Positions 1 through 7,725 of a stretch of DNA of 64,000 bases are shown one piece after another. Both the position numbers and the translations under genes were made by a program. Position 1 is the first letter of the stretch. Each line of letters starts with the position of its first letter. The notes under the pieces are model-generated. The model was not told where the DNA came from. It saw only the letters and a program-made list of their open reading frames with translations, and ran no database searches. Source of the stretch: Oscillospiraceae bacterium (GTDB lineage Bacteria > Bacillota > Clostridia > Oscillospirales > CAG-272); assembly GCA_015063305.1 (NCBI GenBank), contig SVUJ01000003.1, positions 72,261-136,260 of the forward strand. Direction: 5' to 3'.

Positions 1-2
1 TC

Positions 3-560
3 AAGGGCAAAGAGCACCTTGCAGCCTTCTTTAGTGTGTCTGATGCGGCGGCTTGTTCAATAGCGGTTGCCCACGCATTTGGAAGAATAGGCTGTCTTAT
101 GGCAGGCTGCTGCTACGGAAAGCCCACCAATTCCTGGCTTGGCGTTTATATGCCCGATCTCGGTTGCAAGGTCGTTCCTCTGCAGCTCTTTGAGGCGTTG
201 TTCCTTGCGTTCCTCTTCGTTTATATGTTCCAGAGGATAAAGGACAAGCAGACATATTGCCTCCAGATATACCTTTGCGCGTACGGTGTTTGGAGATTCG
301 TTATCGAGTTCGTCCGTAACGACTACAGAGGAGCGACTATCATTGAAACAGTTACGCCTTCTCAGCTTACGGCGATCATAATGGTTATTCTCGGCGTTAT
401 GTTGCTTCTGGTTCAGCGCAATCTTCAGTTTGTTGGCGCGGGAGCTAACGACGAAGAGTCTGAGTCGGAAGAATATGAATATGACGATGATGCCGACGAT
501 TACGAATATGCCGAAGATGAAGCAGTCAAAGCTGAAGACACCAAGGAAGAGCAGGAATAA
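3..560 (+). CDS. lgt: Prolipoprotein diacylglyceryl transferase (Lgt), 5' end cut by the window edge; poly-acidic C-terminal tail
   Basis: The frame is open from nt 3, upstream of the listed GTG at 36. Motif GRIGCLMAGCCYGKPT followed by TM segments is typical of Lgt. The last ~40 aa are D/E/Y-rich. Confidence 0.75.
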   Translation, partial: KGKEHLAAFFSVSDAAACSIAVAHAFGRIGCLMAGCCYGKPTNSWLGVYMPDLGCKVVPLQLFEALFLAFLFVYMFQRIKDKQTYCLQIYLCAYGVWRFVIEFVRNDYRGATIIETVTPSQLTAIIMVILGVMLLLVQRNLQFVGAGANDEESESEEYEYDDDADDYEYAEDEAVKAEDTKEEQE

Positions 561-571
561 TACATACCCGT

Positions 572-1396
572 ATGGTGAAGGATAAGAATAAATTTAAGAA
601 AGAGATATACATTGCGGCAGCTGTGATGCTCTCGCTTGTCTTGCTGGTGTGCGAGATATGGCGCGCTGAGCTGTTTGGGTCTTCGGAAAAAGCCGAAGAG
701 CTGTATATGCTTACCACAAGAATAGTCGGCGGACTGTTCGCACTCTTGCTTATATTATTTTGCGGATATCAGAACATATTGAAGATAGATAGAAAAACAA
801 TAGGCGCGGCGCTACTGTTTACGCTGCCTTGTTGGCTTATACCTATCAATAACTTTCCCATAATACCTTATTTTTCGGGAAGTGCGACTATCGATGCGCC
901 TGCGTCGTCCATACTCTTTTATGCTCTTCAGTGCCTTGGTGTGGCGTTCTTCGAGGAGCTGGTTTTCAGAGGCTGTATATTTATGTTCATATTGCAGATG
1001 AGACGGCGTTCGACATTCGATCTTTTCACGAATATCGTTATATCTGCCGCCGCATTCGGTATAGTACATGCGGTAAATCTGCTTTCGGGAGCATCGCTCA
1101 CGTCGGTTATATTGCAGGTCGGATATTGCTTCCTTATCGGAGGAATGTACTCGGTGGTTCTTATGAAGACGGGCTCTGTCTGGCATTGTGTGCTGATGCA
1201 CGCGGTGTATAATTTCTGCGGCGGAGTAGTGCCCAATTTCGGACACGGAAAGATATGGGATACCCCCACGATAGTGCTGACGGTCATCGTTTCTGTTGCG
1301 GTGGCGGCGTATACTATCGTTTCACTCATACGAATAGATCCGCATAAACTCGGGTATATCTTCAATGAGAAGAATGATAAAATGAAAACGGAGTGA
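572..1396 (+). CDS. CPBP-family (CAAX/Abi) intramembrane metalloprotease
   Basis: Polytopic membrane protein with the CPBP signatures FFEELVFRG, FGIVHAVN and HAVYNF. Confidence 0.8.
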   Translation: MVKDKNKFKKEIYIAAAVMLSLVLLVCEIWRAELFGSSEKAEELYMLTTRIVGGLFALLLILFCGYQNILKIDRKTIGAALLFTLPCWLIPINNFPIIPYFSGSATIDAPASSILFYALQCLGVAFFEELVFRGCIFMFILQMRRRSTFDLFTNIVISAAAFGIVHAVNLLSGASLTSVILQVGYCFLIGGMYSVVLMKTGSVWHCVLMHAVYNFCGGVVPNFGHGKIWDTPTIVLTVIVSVAVAAYTIVSLIRIDPHKLGYIFNEKNDKMKTE

Positions 1397-2061
1397 TTTT
1401 TATTCTTAGCTATAAAGACGTAAAAAACGATCCCGCCATAAGGGCGTATATCCAGCGTGCTGACGAGTCTCTTTTGGCTCTTGGTTATACCGAGCACAGC
1501 TTTGCCCATGTTTCAAAAGTGGCAGAGGGTGTAAAGTACATTCTCGAAACCTTGGGGTATGACGAGCGACAGATCGAGGTGGCGTGTATTGCGGCGTATA
1601 TGCACGATATAGGAAACCTTGTAAACAGAGTGGAGCATTCGCAAAGCGGAGCGATAATGGCGTTCCGTATACTTGACAGAATGGGAATGGACGCAGAGGA
1701 GCTGGCAACTGTGATAGCCGCGATAGGTAATCACGACGAGGGAACGGGAGTGCCTGTTAATCCCATAGCCGCCGCGCTGATACTTGCCGACAAGTCCGAC
1801 GTGCGTAGAAGCCGTGTGCGAAACAGGGACGTTTCCACCTTTGATATACACGATAGGGTGAATTTTTCGGTTACAGATACCGAGCTTAAGATAGATGATG
1901 CCCACAAGAATATTACCTTGAGCATCACGATAGATACAAAATACAGCTCGGTGATGGATTATTTTGAGATATTCCTCAACCGCATGGTGCTCTGCCGTAA
2001 AGCGGCGGAAATGCTTGGACTTAGTTTTAAGTTGATAATAAATGGACAGCAATTATTATGA
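1393..2061 (+). CDS. HD-domain phosphohydrolase, function unknown
   Basis: GYTEHSFAHV ... YMHDIGN ... GNHDEG matches the HD-superfamily metal-ligand pattern. The GTG start overlaps the upstream stop (GTGA). Confidence 0.7.
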   Translation: MIFILSYKDVKNDPAIRAYIQRADESLLALGYTEHSFAHVSKVAEGVKYILETLGYDERQIEVACIAAYMHDIGNLVNRVEHSQSGAIMAFRILDRMGMDAEELATVIAAIGNHDEGTGVPVNPIAAALILADKSDVRRSRVRNRDVSTFDIHDRVNFSVTDTELKIDDAHKNITLSITIDTKYSSVMDYFEIFLNRMVLCRKAAEMLGLSFKLIINGQQLL

Positions 2062-2065
2062 AAAG

Positions 2066-2106
2066 TACGCTTGGCGTTGTTTGAAAAACGCCAAGCGTAT
2101 TTTTTA
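2066..2106. terminator. Bidirectional rho-independent terminator between the convergent HD gene and the AraC-family gene
   Basis: Stem TACGCTTGGCG / CGCCAAGCGTA (2066-2076 / 2089-2099), flanked by an A-run and TTTTTT. Confidence 0.75.
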
Positions 2107-3084
2107 TTCTGAATACATTTTTCTGAAATTTTTTGGGGTAGTGCCGAACCTTTTCAGAAATTGCTTGTGAAAGTAGCTGCTGTTTTCATAGCCTGTGTTC
2201 AGTATTATGTCGTTGATGGGGAGCTTTGTGGATAACAGAAGCTCTTTTGCAACCTCAAAGCGCTTGTCGCAGAGCATCTCCTTGAAGCTAACGCCAAAAT
2301 TCGCTTTTATCCATCGGCTCAGGTGCGCGGGGGAAAGCCCCAACATATCCGCGGCTTCTGTGAGAGAGGCGGTCTTATATGAGGTCTGTATGTAGTTGAG
2401 TATCTTTCTTTTTGTCTTTTCGGTGTAGGTGTTGGCGTTTGAAAAATTTGAAAGCATTTCGGGGGTAGAGCCGATGTAGGCAAAGAGCAGACTAAGCGAG
2501 GTCTGCATTATAAAGGTATCGGTCATTTTGTTGGTCACAAGCGAGTAGGAGAGGTTTTCCATAAGATTGGTTATCGGCTCTATCTCAGCCGTTTTGAAAA
2601 CACAGTATTGCATCTGGTCGGGGCTGAGAAGTCGTTCAAATATTTTTTCGGGAAGAGAAGAGCTTTTTCTGAGGTTAGAGAGCAGAGATTCAAAATAGTC
2701 GGTCGATATTATGACGTTAAGACCTATATCCTTTTCGGTGGTAGGAAGTATCGAGTGCTTGGTGGCGCGCCCTAAAATTATTATATCTCCCTCGGTAAGC
2801 TCTATCGTCTTGCCGTCGATAACGTGGGTTATCTTGCCGCTGCAGACGTACATAAGCTCTATAAAGTCGTGGGTATGGGCAGGGAAGGAGCTGTATATCG
2901 AATGAGTTCTCACGCATATCGATGCGGTGGGTATGCCTATCGACATATCCGCGATGTGTCGGCGCTCGATAAGAAATCTTCCCGTTTTGGTATATATATC
3001 TTTTTGGGTCACGTCATTTGAGAGAAATATTTCGGATTCTTTTTTTGCAATATAAGAAAGTTTTTCTAAGATATCTGCCTTCAT
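2104..3084 (-). CDS. AraC-family transcriptional regulator (N-terminal cupin, C-terminal double HTH), probable rhamnose regulator
   Basis: Cupin-like N-terminus (HTHDFIELMYV). C-terminus GLSPAHLSRWIKANFG ... GYENSSYFHKQFLKRFGTTPKNFR is the AraC HTH signature. The gene is divergent from rhaBA. Confidence 0.8.
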   Translation of the reverse strand: MKADILEKLSYIAKKESEIFLSNDVTQKDIYTKTGRFLIERRHIADMSIGIPTASICVRTHSIYSSFPAHTHDFIELMYVCSGKITHVIDGKTIELTEGDIIILGRATKHSILPTTEKDIGLNVIISTDYFESLLSNLRKSSSLPEKIFERLLSPDQMQYCVFKTAEIEPITNLMENLSYSLVTNKMTDTFIMQTSLSLLFAYIGSTPEMLSNFSNANTYTEKTKRKILNYIQTSYKTASLTEAADMLGLSPAHLSRWIKANFGVSFKEMLCDKRFEVAKELLLSTKLPINDIILNTGYENSSYFHKQFLKRFGTTPKNFRKMYSE

Positions 3085-3123
3085 TTTTGGGTTTCCTTTG
3101 CCGCCTATAGTATCAAGTATCTT

Positions 3124-3152
3124 ATTTTAACACACATTTTCAAAAAACGCAA
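3124..3152 (-). promoter_or_regulatory. Candidate promoter of the AraC-family gene (TTGCGT-17-TGtTAAAAT, minus strand)
   Basis: Minus strand reads TTGCGT, a 17-nt spacer, then TGT-TAAAAT about 40 nt upstream of the ATG at 3084. Confidence 0.4.
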
Positions 3153-3215
3153 TAAAAATATCAAAAAAAGACACAAAAAATGAAAAAAAACGACCTTATT
3201 ATGGGTCGTCATATA

Positions 3216-3224
3216 TGATACAAT
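3216..3224 (+). promoter_or_regulatory. Extended -10 element (TGaTACAAT) for rhaBA; poor -35, so an activator-dependent look
   Basis: TGATACAAT lies 33 nt upstream of the rhaB ATG. The -35 position reads TTATTA and overlaps the inverted repeat ACGACC-N8-GGTCGT. Confidence 0.45.
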
Positions 3225-3256
3225 ACACTTATAAAAGTATATTTTGGAGGTATGCT

Positions 3257-4651
3257 ATGGAAAAAGTGTATTATCTTGCAGTTGATATCGGTGCATCGAG
3301 CGGACGTCATATCCTTTCCTGGATAGAGGACGGCAAGATGAACTATGAGGAGGTATACCGTTTCCCCAACGGTCTTACCGATAAGAACGGAACTTTCTGC
3401 TGGGACCACGAGGCGCTCGTAGCCCACGTTAAAGCAGGAATAAAGAAGTGCGCTGAGATAGGCAAAAAGCCTTCCTATCTCGGAATAGACACTTGGGGCG
3501 TTGATTTTCTTCTTCTTGATAAGGAAGGGAATATAATCGGTGATTCGGTAGGCTACCGTGACGGACGTACTGCGGGTATGGACGAGGAGGTTTACAAGTT
3601 AGTTCCCGAAAAGGAGATCTACGCGCGTACGGGTATACAGAAGCAGATATACAACACGATATATCAGCTTATGGCGCTGAAGCAGCAGCACCCCGAGCAG
3701 CTCGAGGCGGCTGAATATATGCTCCTTATGCCTGACTACCTTAGCTATAAGCTTACAGGCGTTATGCATACCGAGTACACCAATGCAAGTACAACTAATC
3801 TTTTGAGCCTTGAAACAAAGGATTGGGATAAGGAGCTTATAGCAAAGCTCGGATACCCCGAAAAGATATTCGGAAAGCTTAGTATGCCCGGTGAGAAGGT
3901 TGGCGTGTTGCTTGACGAGGTAGCAGAAGAGGTTGGATATAACCTTACGGTTCTTCACCCCGCATCGCACGATACCGCGTCTGCGGTTCTCGCTGTTCCT
4001 TCAAACTCCGACAACGTTATCTACCTCAGCTCGGGTACGTGGTCGCTTATGGGAATGGAGACCCTCACGGCTATCAGCAGCGAGAAGTCTCAGCAGCTGA
4101 ACTTCACAAACGAGGGTGGATATAACTACCGTTACAGATATCTTAAGAATATCATGGGACTTTGGATAATCCAGTCTATCCGTAAGGAATGCGGCGGAGC
4201 ATATACATTTAACGAGCTCTGCGATATGGCTGTGGCTTGCGGTGACACAAAGTACCGTGTAAACGTAAACGATCCCTCATTCCTTATGCCTAAGAGCATG
4301 ACTCAGGCTATCAAGGACTATTGCAAGAACGACGATATGTCGCTTGGCGAGGTTCTCGCCTGCGTTTACAACAGCCTTGCGGAATGCTATGCAGCAACAG
4401 TTAAGGAGATATCCGAAATTAGCGGAAAGCAGATAGAAGCTCTCCACATCATAGGTGGCGGAAGCAAGGATACATATCTCAATGAGCTTGCCGCAAAGAA
4501 CTGCGGAATCCCCGTATATGCAGGACCTACCGAGGCGACCGCTATCGGTAACATTCTCGCTCTTATGCTCGGAACAGGCGTGTTTGAGGATCTCAACGCG
4601 GCTCGTAAGTGCGTAAAAGAGTCTTTTGACGTTAAAAAAATAAACATATAA
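3257..4651 (+). CDS. rhaB: Rhamnulokinase
   Basis: FGGY-kinase N-terminus YLAVDIGASSGRHIL. It sits directly upstream of rhaA. The ATG at 3257 follows GGAGG; the listed 3215 start lacks an RBS. Confidence 0.85.
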   Translation: MEKVYYLAVDIGASSGRHILSWIEDGKMNYEEVYRFPNGLTDKNGTFCWDHEALVAHVKAGIKKCAEIGKKPSYLGIDTWGVDFLLLDKEGNIIGDSVGYRDGRTAGMDEEVYKLVPEKEIYARTGIQKQIYNTIYQLMALKQQHPEQLEAAEYMLLMPDYLSYKLTGVMHTEYTNASTTNLLSLETKDWDKELIAKLGYPEKIFGKLSMPGEKVGVLLDEVAEEVGYNLTVLHPASHDTASAVLAVPSNSDNVIYLSSGTWSLMGMETLTAISSEKSQQLNFTNEGGYNYRYRYLKNIMGLWIIQSIRKECGGAYTFNELCDMAVACGDTKYRVNVNDPSFLMPKSMTQAIKDYCKNDDMSLGEVLACVYNSLAECYAATVKEISEISGKQIEALHIIGGGSKDTYLNELAAKNCGIPVYAGPTEATAIGNILALMLGTGVFEDLNAARKCVKESFDVKKINI

Positions 4652-4676
4652 TTAATAAACTCAGGAGGATATTAAG

Positions 4677-5915
4677 ATGAATCAGTATCTTTATGCAAAA
4701 GAAAAGTACGCAAAGCTCGGTATTGATACCGATGCGGCTATAGCAAAGCTGAAGAACGTTCCCGTGTCGATACACTGCTGGCAGGGTGACGACGTAAACG
4801 GTTTTGACAGCGAAGGACCTCTCACCGGCGGTATCCAGACCACAGGTAACTACCCCGGAAGAGCTACTACGCCCGAGCAGCTCATGGCTGATATGGAGAA
4901 GATGTTCTCACTTGTTCCCGGTGCAAAGAAGGTAAACGTTCACGCTTGTTACGCTATATTTGAGGACGGGGAGTATGCGGACAGAGATAAGCTCGAGCCC
5001 AAGCACTTCAAGAAGTGGGTAGAGTTTGCAAAGAAGCACAATGCGGGTCTTGATTTCAACCCCACATTCTTCTCGCACCCCATGGCAAACGGACTCACTC
5101 TTTCTTCTCCCGATGAAAAGGTAAGAAAGTTCTGGGTAGAGCACGGACGCGCTTGTGTTAGAATATCCGAGTACTTCGCAAAGGAAACAGGTGTTCCTTG
5201 CGTTATGAACATCTGGACAGGTGACGGTCTTAAGGACGTTCCCGCTGACAGAAAAGCTCCCAGAGAGAGATACGCTAAGTCTATCGACGAGATACTTGAG
5301 GGATACAACAAGGAGCTCGTTAAGCCCTGCGTTGAGTCCAAGGTATTCGGAATAGGCGTTGAGAGCTACACAGTAGGTTCGGCAGAGTTCGCACTCACAT
5401 ACGCCGCAACCCGCAACATACTTCCTCTTATGGATAACGGTCACTATCATCCTACCGAGGTAGTATCCGATAAGATATCCTCGCTTCTTTGCTTCTTCCC
5501 TGAGATAGCGCTCCACGTTACACGTCCTATTAGATGGGACTCCGACCACGTTGTTCTCTTTGATGATGAGACTAAAGAGATCGCTAAGGAGATAGTAAGA
5601 AACGATGCTCTTGAGAGAGTTTACATAGCTCTTGACTACTTCGATGCAAGCATCAACAGAATATCCGCATGGACTGTTGGAGCAAGAAATATGCAGAAGG
5701 CTCTGCTTTACGCGCTTCTCGAGCCCTCGGCAGACTTCAAGGCTCTTCAGGAGAGCGGAAACTACACCAAGCTCATGGTAATGCAGGAAGAATACAAGAC
5801 CCTTCCTTTCGGTGAGGTTTGGGAAGAGTACTGCCGTTCTTGCGGCGTGGTGGCAGGAGCTGAGTGGTTCGACGAGATCGTTGAGTACGAAGCTAACGTC
5901 CTTTCTAAGAGATAA
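4677..5915 (+). CDS. rhaA: L-rhamnose isomerase
   Basis: Collinear with E. coli RhaA as recalled: HCWQGDDV.GF, TGGIQ.TGNYPG, RPxRWDSDHVV, DFFDASINRI.AW. Confidence 0.95.
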   Translation: MNQYLYAKEKYAKLGIDTDAAIAKLKNVPVSIHCWQGDDVNGFDSEGPLTGGIQTTGNYPGRATTPEQLMADMEKMFSLVPGAKKVNVHACYAIFEDGEYADRDKLEPKHFKKWVEFAKKHNAGLDFNPTFFSHPMANGLTLSSPDEKVRKFWVEHGRACVRISEYFAKETGVPCVMNIWTGDGLKDVPADRKAPRERYAKSIDEILEGYNKELVKPCVESKVFGIGVESYTVGSAEFALTYAATRNILPLMDNGHYHPTEVVSDKISSLLCFFPEIALHVTRPIRWDSDHVVLFDDETKEIAKEIVRNDALERVYIALDYFDASINRISAWTVGARNMQKALLYALLEPSADFKALQESGNYTKLMVMQEEYKTLPFGEVWEEYCRSCGVVAGAEWFDEIVEYEANVLSKR

Positions 5916-5933
5916 TTAAAGCTAAGATAAATA

Positions 5934-5968
5934 TCCCCCGACTTAAACAGTCGGGGGATAACTTTTTT
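5934..5968. terminator. Bidirectional terminator between rhaA and mnmA
   Basis: Stem CCCCCGACT / AGTCGGGGG (5935-5943 / 5949-5957), followed by ATAACTTTTTT. The reverse direction is also U-rich. Confidence 0.85.
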
Positions 5969-7034
5969 AATCTATTATGCCACCGCCAACAAGGGTGTCG
6001 CCGTCATAGAGAACGACAGACTGACCGCTCGCTATCGCGCGCTGAGGCTCGTCAAATTCAAGTGTGAATTTGTCGGCATCGGTCTGTATTACGGTCGCGC
6101 TTGCGGGGGAGTGCTTGTAGCGTATTTTTGCCTGAAGCTTTGTGGGAGTGAGCATATTATCGCAGGCGATAAAGTTTATACGTGAGGCGGTAAGTGTGCG
6201 GGAATAGAGCTCGCTGTCGTCACAGAGGACTACTGTGTTTGAGGCGGGGTCTTTGGACTTAACAAACATAGGTCTGCCGAGCGCTATACCAAGTCCTTTT
6301 CTCTGACCGACGGTGTAGTTTATTATTCCGTTATGTTTACCGAGAACATTGCCGTTTATATCCACAAAATCTCCCGCGGCAAGGTATGAGGCTGAGTTTT
6401 TGCAGATAAAAGAAGCATAGTCCCTGTCGGGTATAAAGCAGATATCCTGACTGTCCGATTTGTGGGCGTTCTCAAAGCAATATTCGGCGGCAAGCTCTCT
6501 TATCTCGGCTTTGGTATACTGTCCGAGGGGAAGCAAAACTCTGGCAAGGGTGTCCTGCGAGAGTGACCAGAGCATATAGGATTGATCCTTTGACGCGTCT
6601 GCGGCTTTTTTTATTATATAGCGCCCCGAGGGAGTTTTCTCAACTATTGCGTAATGTCCCGTTGCAAGACGGTCGTACCCCATAGATACCGCCGCATCGA
6701 GCAGCTTTCCAAACTTGATATATCTGTTGCACTCAACACAAGGGTTTGGGGTCGCTCCGTTTTTATAATCGGATATGAATTTATCTATCACACACTTGCG
6801 GAAGCTGTCGCCAAGGGATATGACGTAGTGGGGAATGCCGAGAAGGTCGGCTATCTTCTTCGCGTCCTCTATGTCGCTGTTTGATATCCCCGACTCTGTA
6901 TCGGACACCTTTTCGGTTTCCGACCACAGCTTCATCGTGATACCCGCGGTATCGTAACCGCTGTTTTTTATAAGCAGGGCAGCGGCGGCGCTATCCACGC
7001 CGCCACTCATTGCCACGAGTGCTTTATCGTTCAT
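5967..7034 (-). CDS. mnmA: tRNA 2-thiouridine(34) synthase MnmA
   Basis: PP-loop ALVAMSGGVDSAAAA and CVECNRYIKFG. The ATG at 7034 follows AAAGGAA; the longer listed ORF would overlap trmL. Confidence 0.9.
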   Translation of the reverse strand: MNDKALVAMSGGVDSAAAALLIKNSGYDTAGITMKLWSETEKVSDTESGISNSDIEDAKKIADLLGIPHYVISLGDSFRKCVIDKFISDYKNGATPNPCVECNRYIKFGKLLDAAVSMGYDRLATGHYAIVEKTPSGRYIIKKAADASKDQSYMLWSLSQDTLARVLLPLGQYTKAEIRELAAEYCFENAHKSDSQDICFIPDRDYASFICKNSASYLAAGDFVDINGNVLGKHNGIINYTVGQRKGLGIALGRPMFVKSKDPASNTVVLCDDSELYSRTLTASRINFIACDNMLTPTKLQAKIRYKHSPASATVIQTDADKFTLEFDEPQRAIASGQSVVLYDGDTLVGGGIID

Positions 7035-7045
7035 ATAAATTTCCT

Positions 7046-7546
7046 TTACCAATCGTATTTTGTGAGTGAGCCTGCTTCGCACAGGCCTTCGAAATTATCT
7101 TTCCTCAATATCTCATATACGGCTATAGCTACCGAATTTGAGAGGTTGAGTGAGCGGAGCATATCTCTCATAGGTATCCTCACGCAAAAATCCTTGTTTT
7201 CGTGAAGAAGCTCCTCGGGAAGTCCGCGGCTCTCCTTGCCGAACATTATGTATACACTTTCGGGGTAACGGTCTATCTCGGTGTAGGCGCGTGGCGCTTT
7301 GGTGGTGTAGTAATAGATAACGGCATCGGGATTTTTTGAGTTAAAATCCTCAAGGGAGTCGTAGTATGTGATGTCGAGCTTGTCCCAATAATCAAGCCCC
7401 GCGCGTTTGAGCTTTCTGTCGTCTATTTCAAATCCCATAGGGCGGATTATGTGGAGCGATGCACCCGTTGCCGCGCAGGTACGCGCGATATTTCCCGTAT
7501 TCTGCGGGATCTCGGGCTCGTGGAGAACTATATTTATCTTTATCAT
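7046..7546 (-). CDS. trmL: tRNA (cytidine/uridine-2'-O)-methyltransferase TrmL (SpoU/TrmH family)
   Basis: IVLHEPEIPQNTGNIARTCAATG and C-terminal LNLSNSVAIAVYE. The start could be 7546 (ATG) or 7558 (GTG). Confidence 0.85.
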   Translation of the reverse strand: MIKINIVLHEPEIPQNTGNIARTCAATGASLHIIRPMGFEIDDRKLKRAGLDYWDKLDITYYDSLEDFNSKNPDAVIYYYTTKAPRAYTEIDRYPESVYIMFGKESRGLPEELLHENKDFCVRIPMRDMLRSLNLSNSVAIAVYEILRKDNFEGLCEAGSLTKYDW

Positions 7547-7586
7547 ATCAAAAAGCACCTTTACGAGTAATTTATATATTTCTTAC

Positions 7587-7615
7587 ATTATATACTCTTT
7601 TTGAGCTTGTTTCAA
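7587..7615 (-). promoter_or_regulatory. Sigma-A-type promoter for trmL-mnmA (TTGAAA-17-TATAAT, minus strand)
   Basis: Minus strand reads TTGAAA, caagctcaaaaagagta, TATAAT about 40 nt upstream of trmL. Confidence 0.6.
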
Positions 7616-7667
7616 TAATAATATATAAAAATTTACAAACAAATAGATATGTATTGTTGTAATGCCC

Positions 7668-7696
7668 TTGAAAAAAAGGGGCAGATGTGGTATAAT
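7668..7696 (+). promoter_or_regulatory. Sigma-A-type promoter for secA (TTGAAA-17-TGgTATAAT)
   Basis: -35 at 7668-7673 and extended -10 at 7688-7696. GGAGGT RBS at 7715-7720, ATG at 7726. Confidence 0.65.
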
Positions 7697-7725
7697 TGAT
7701 TAAATATGTAAAGCGGAGGTCTTAT

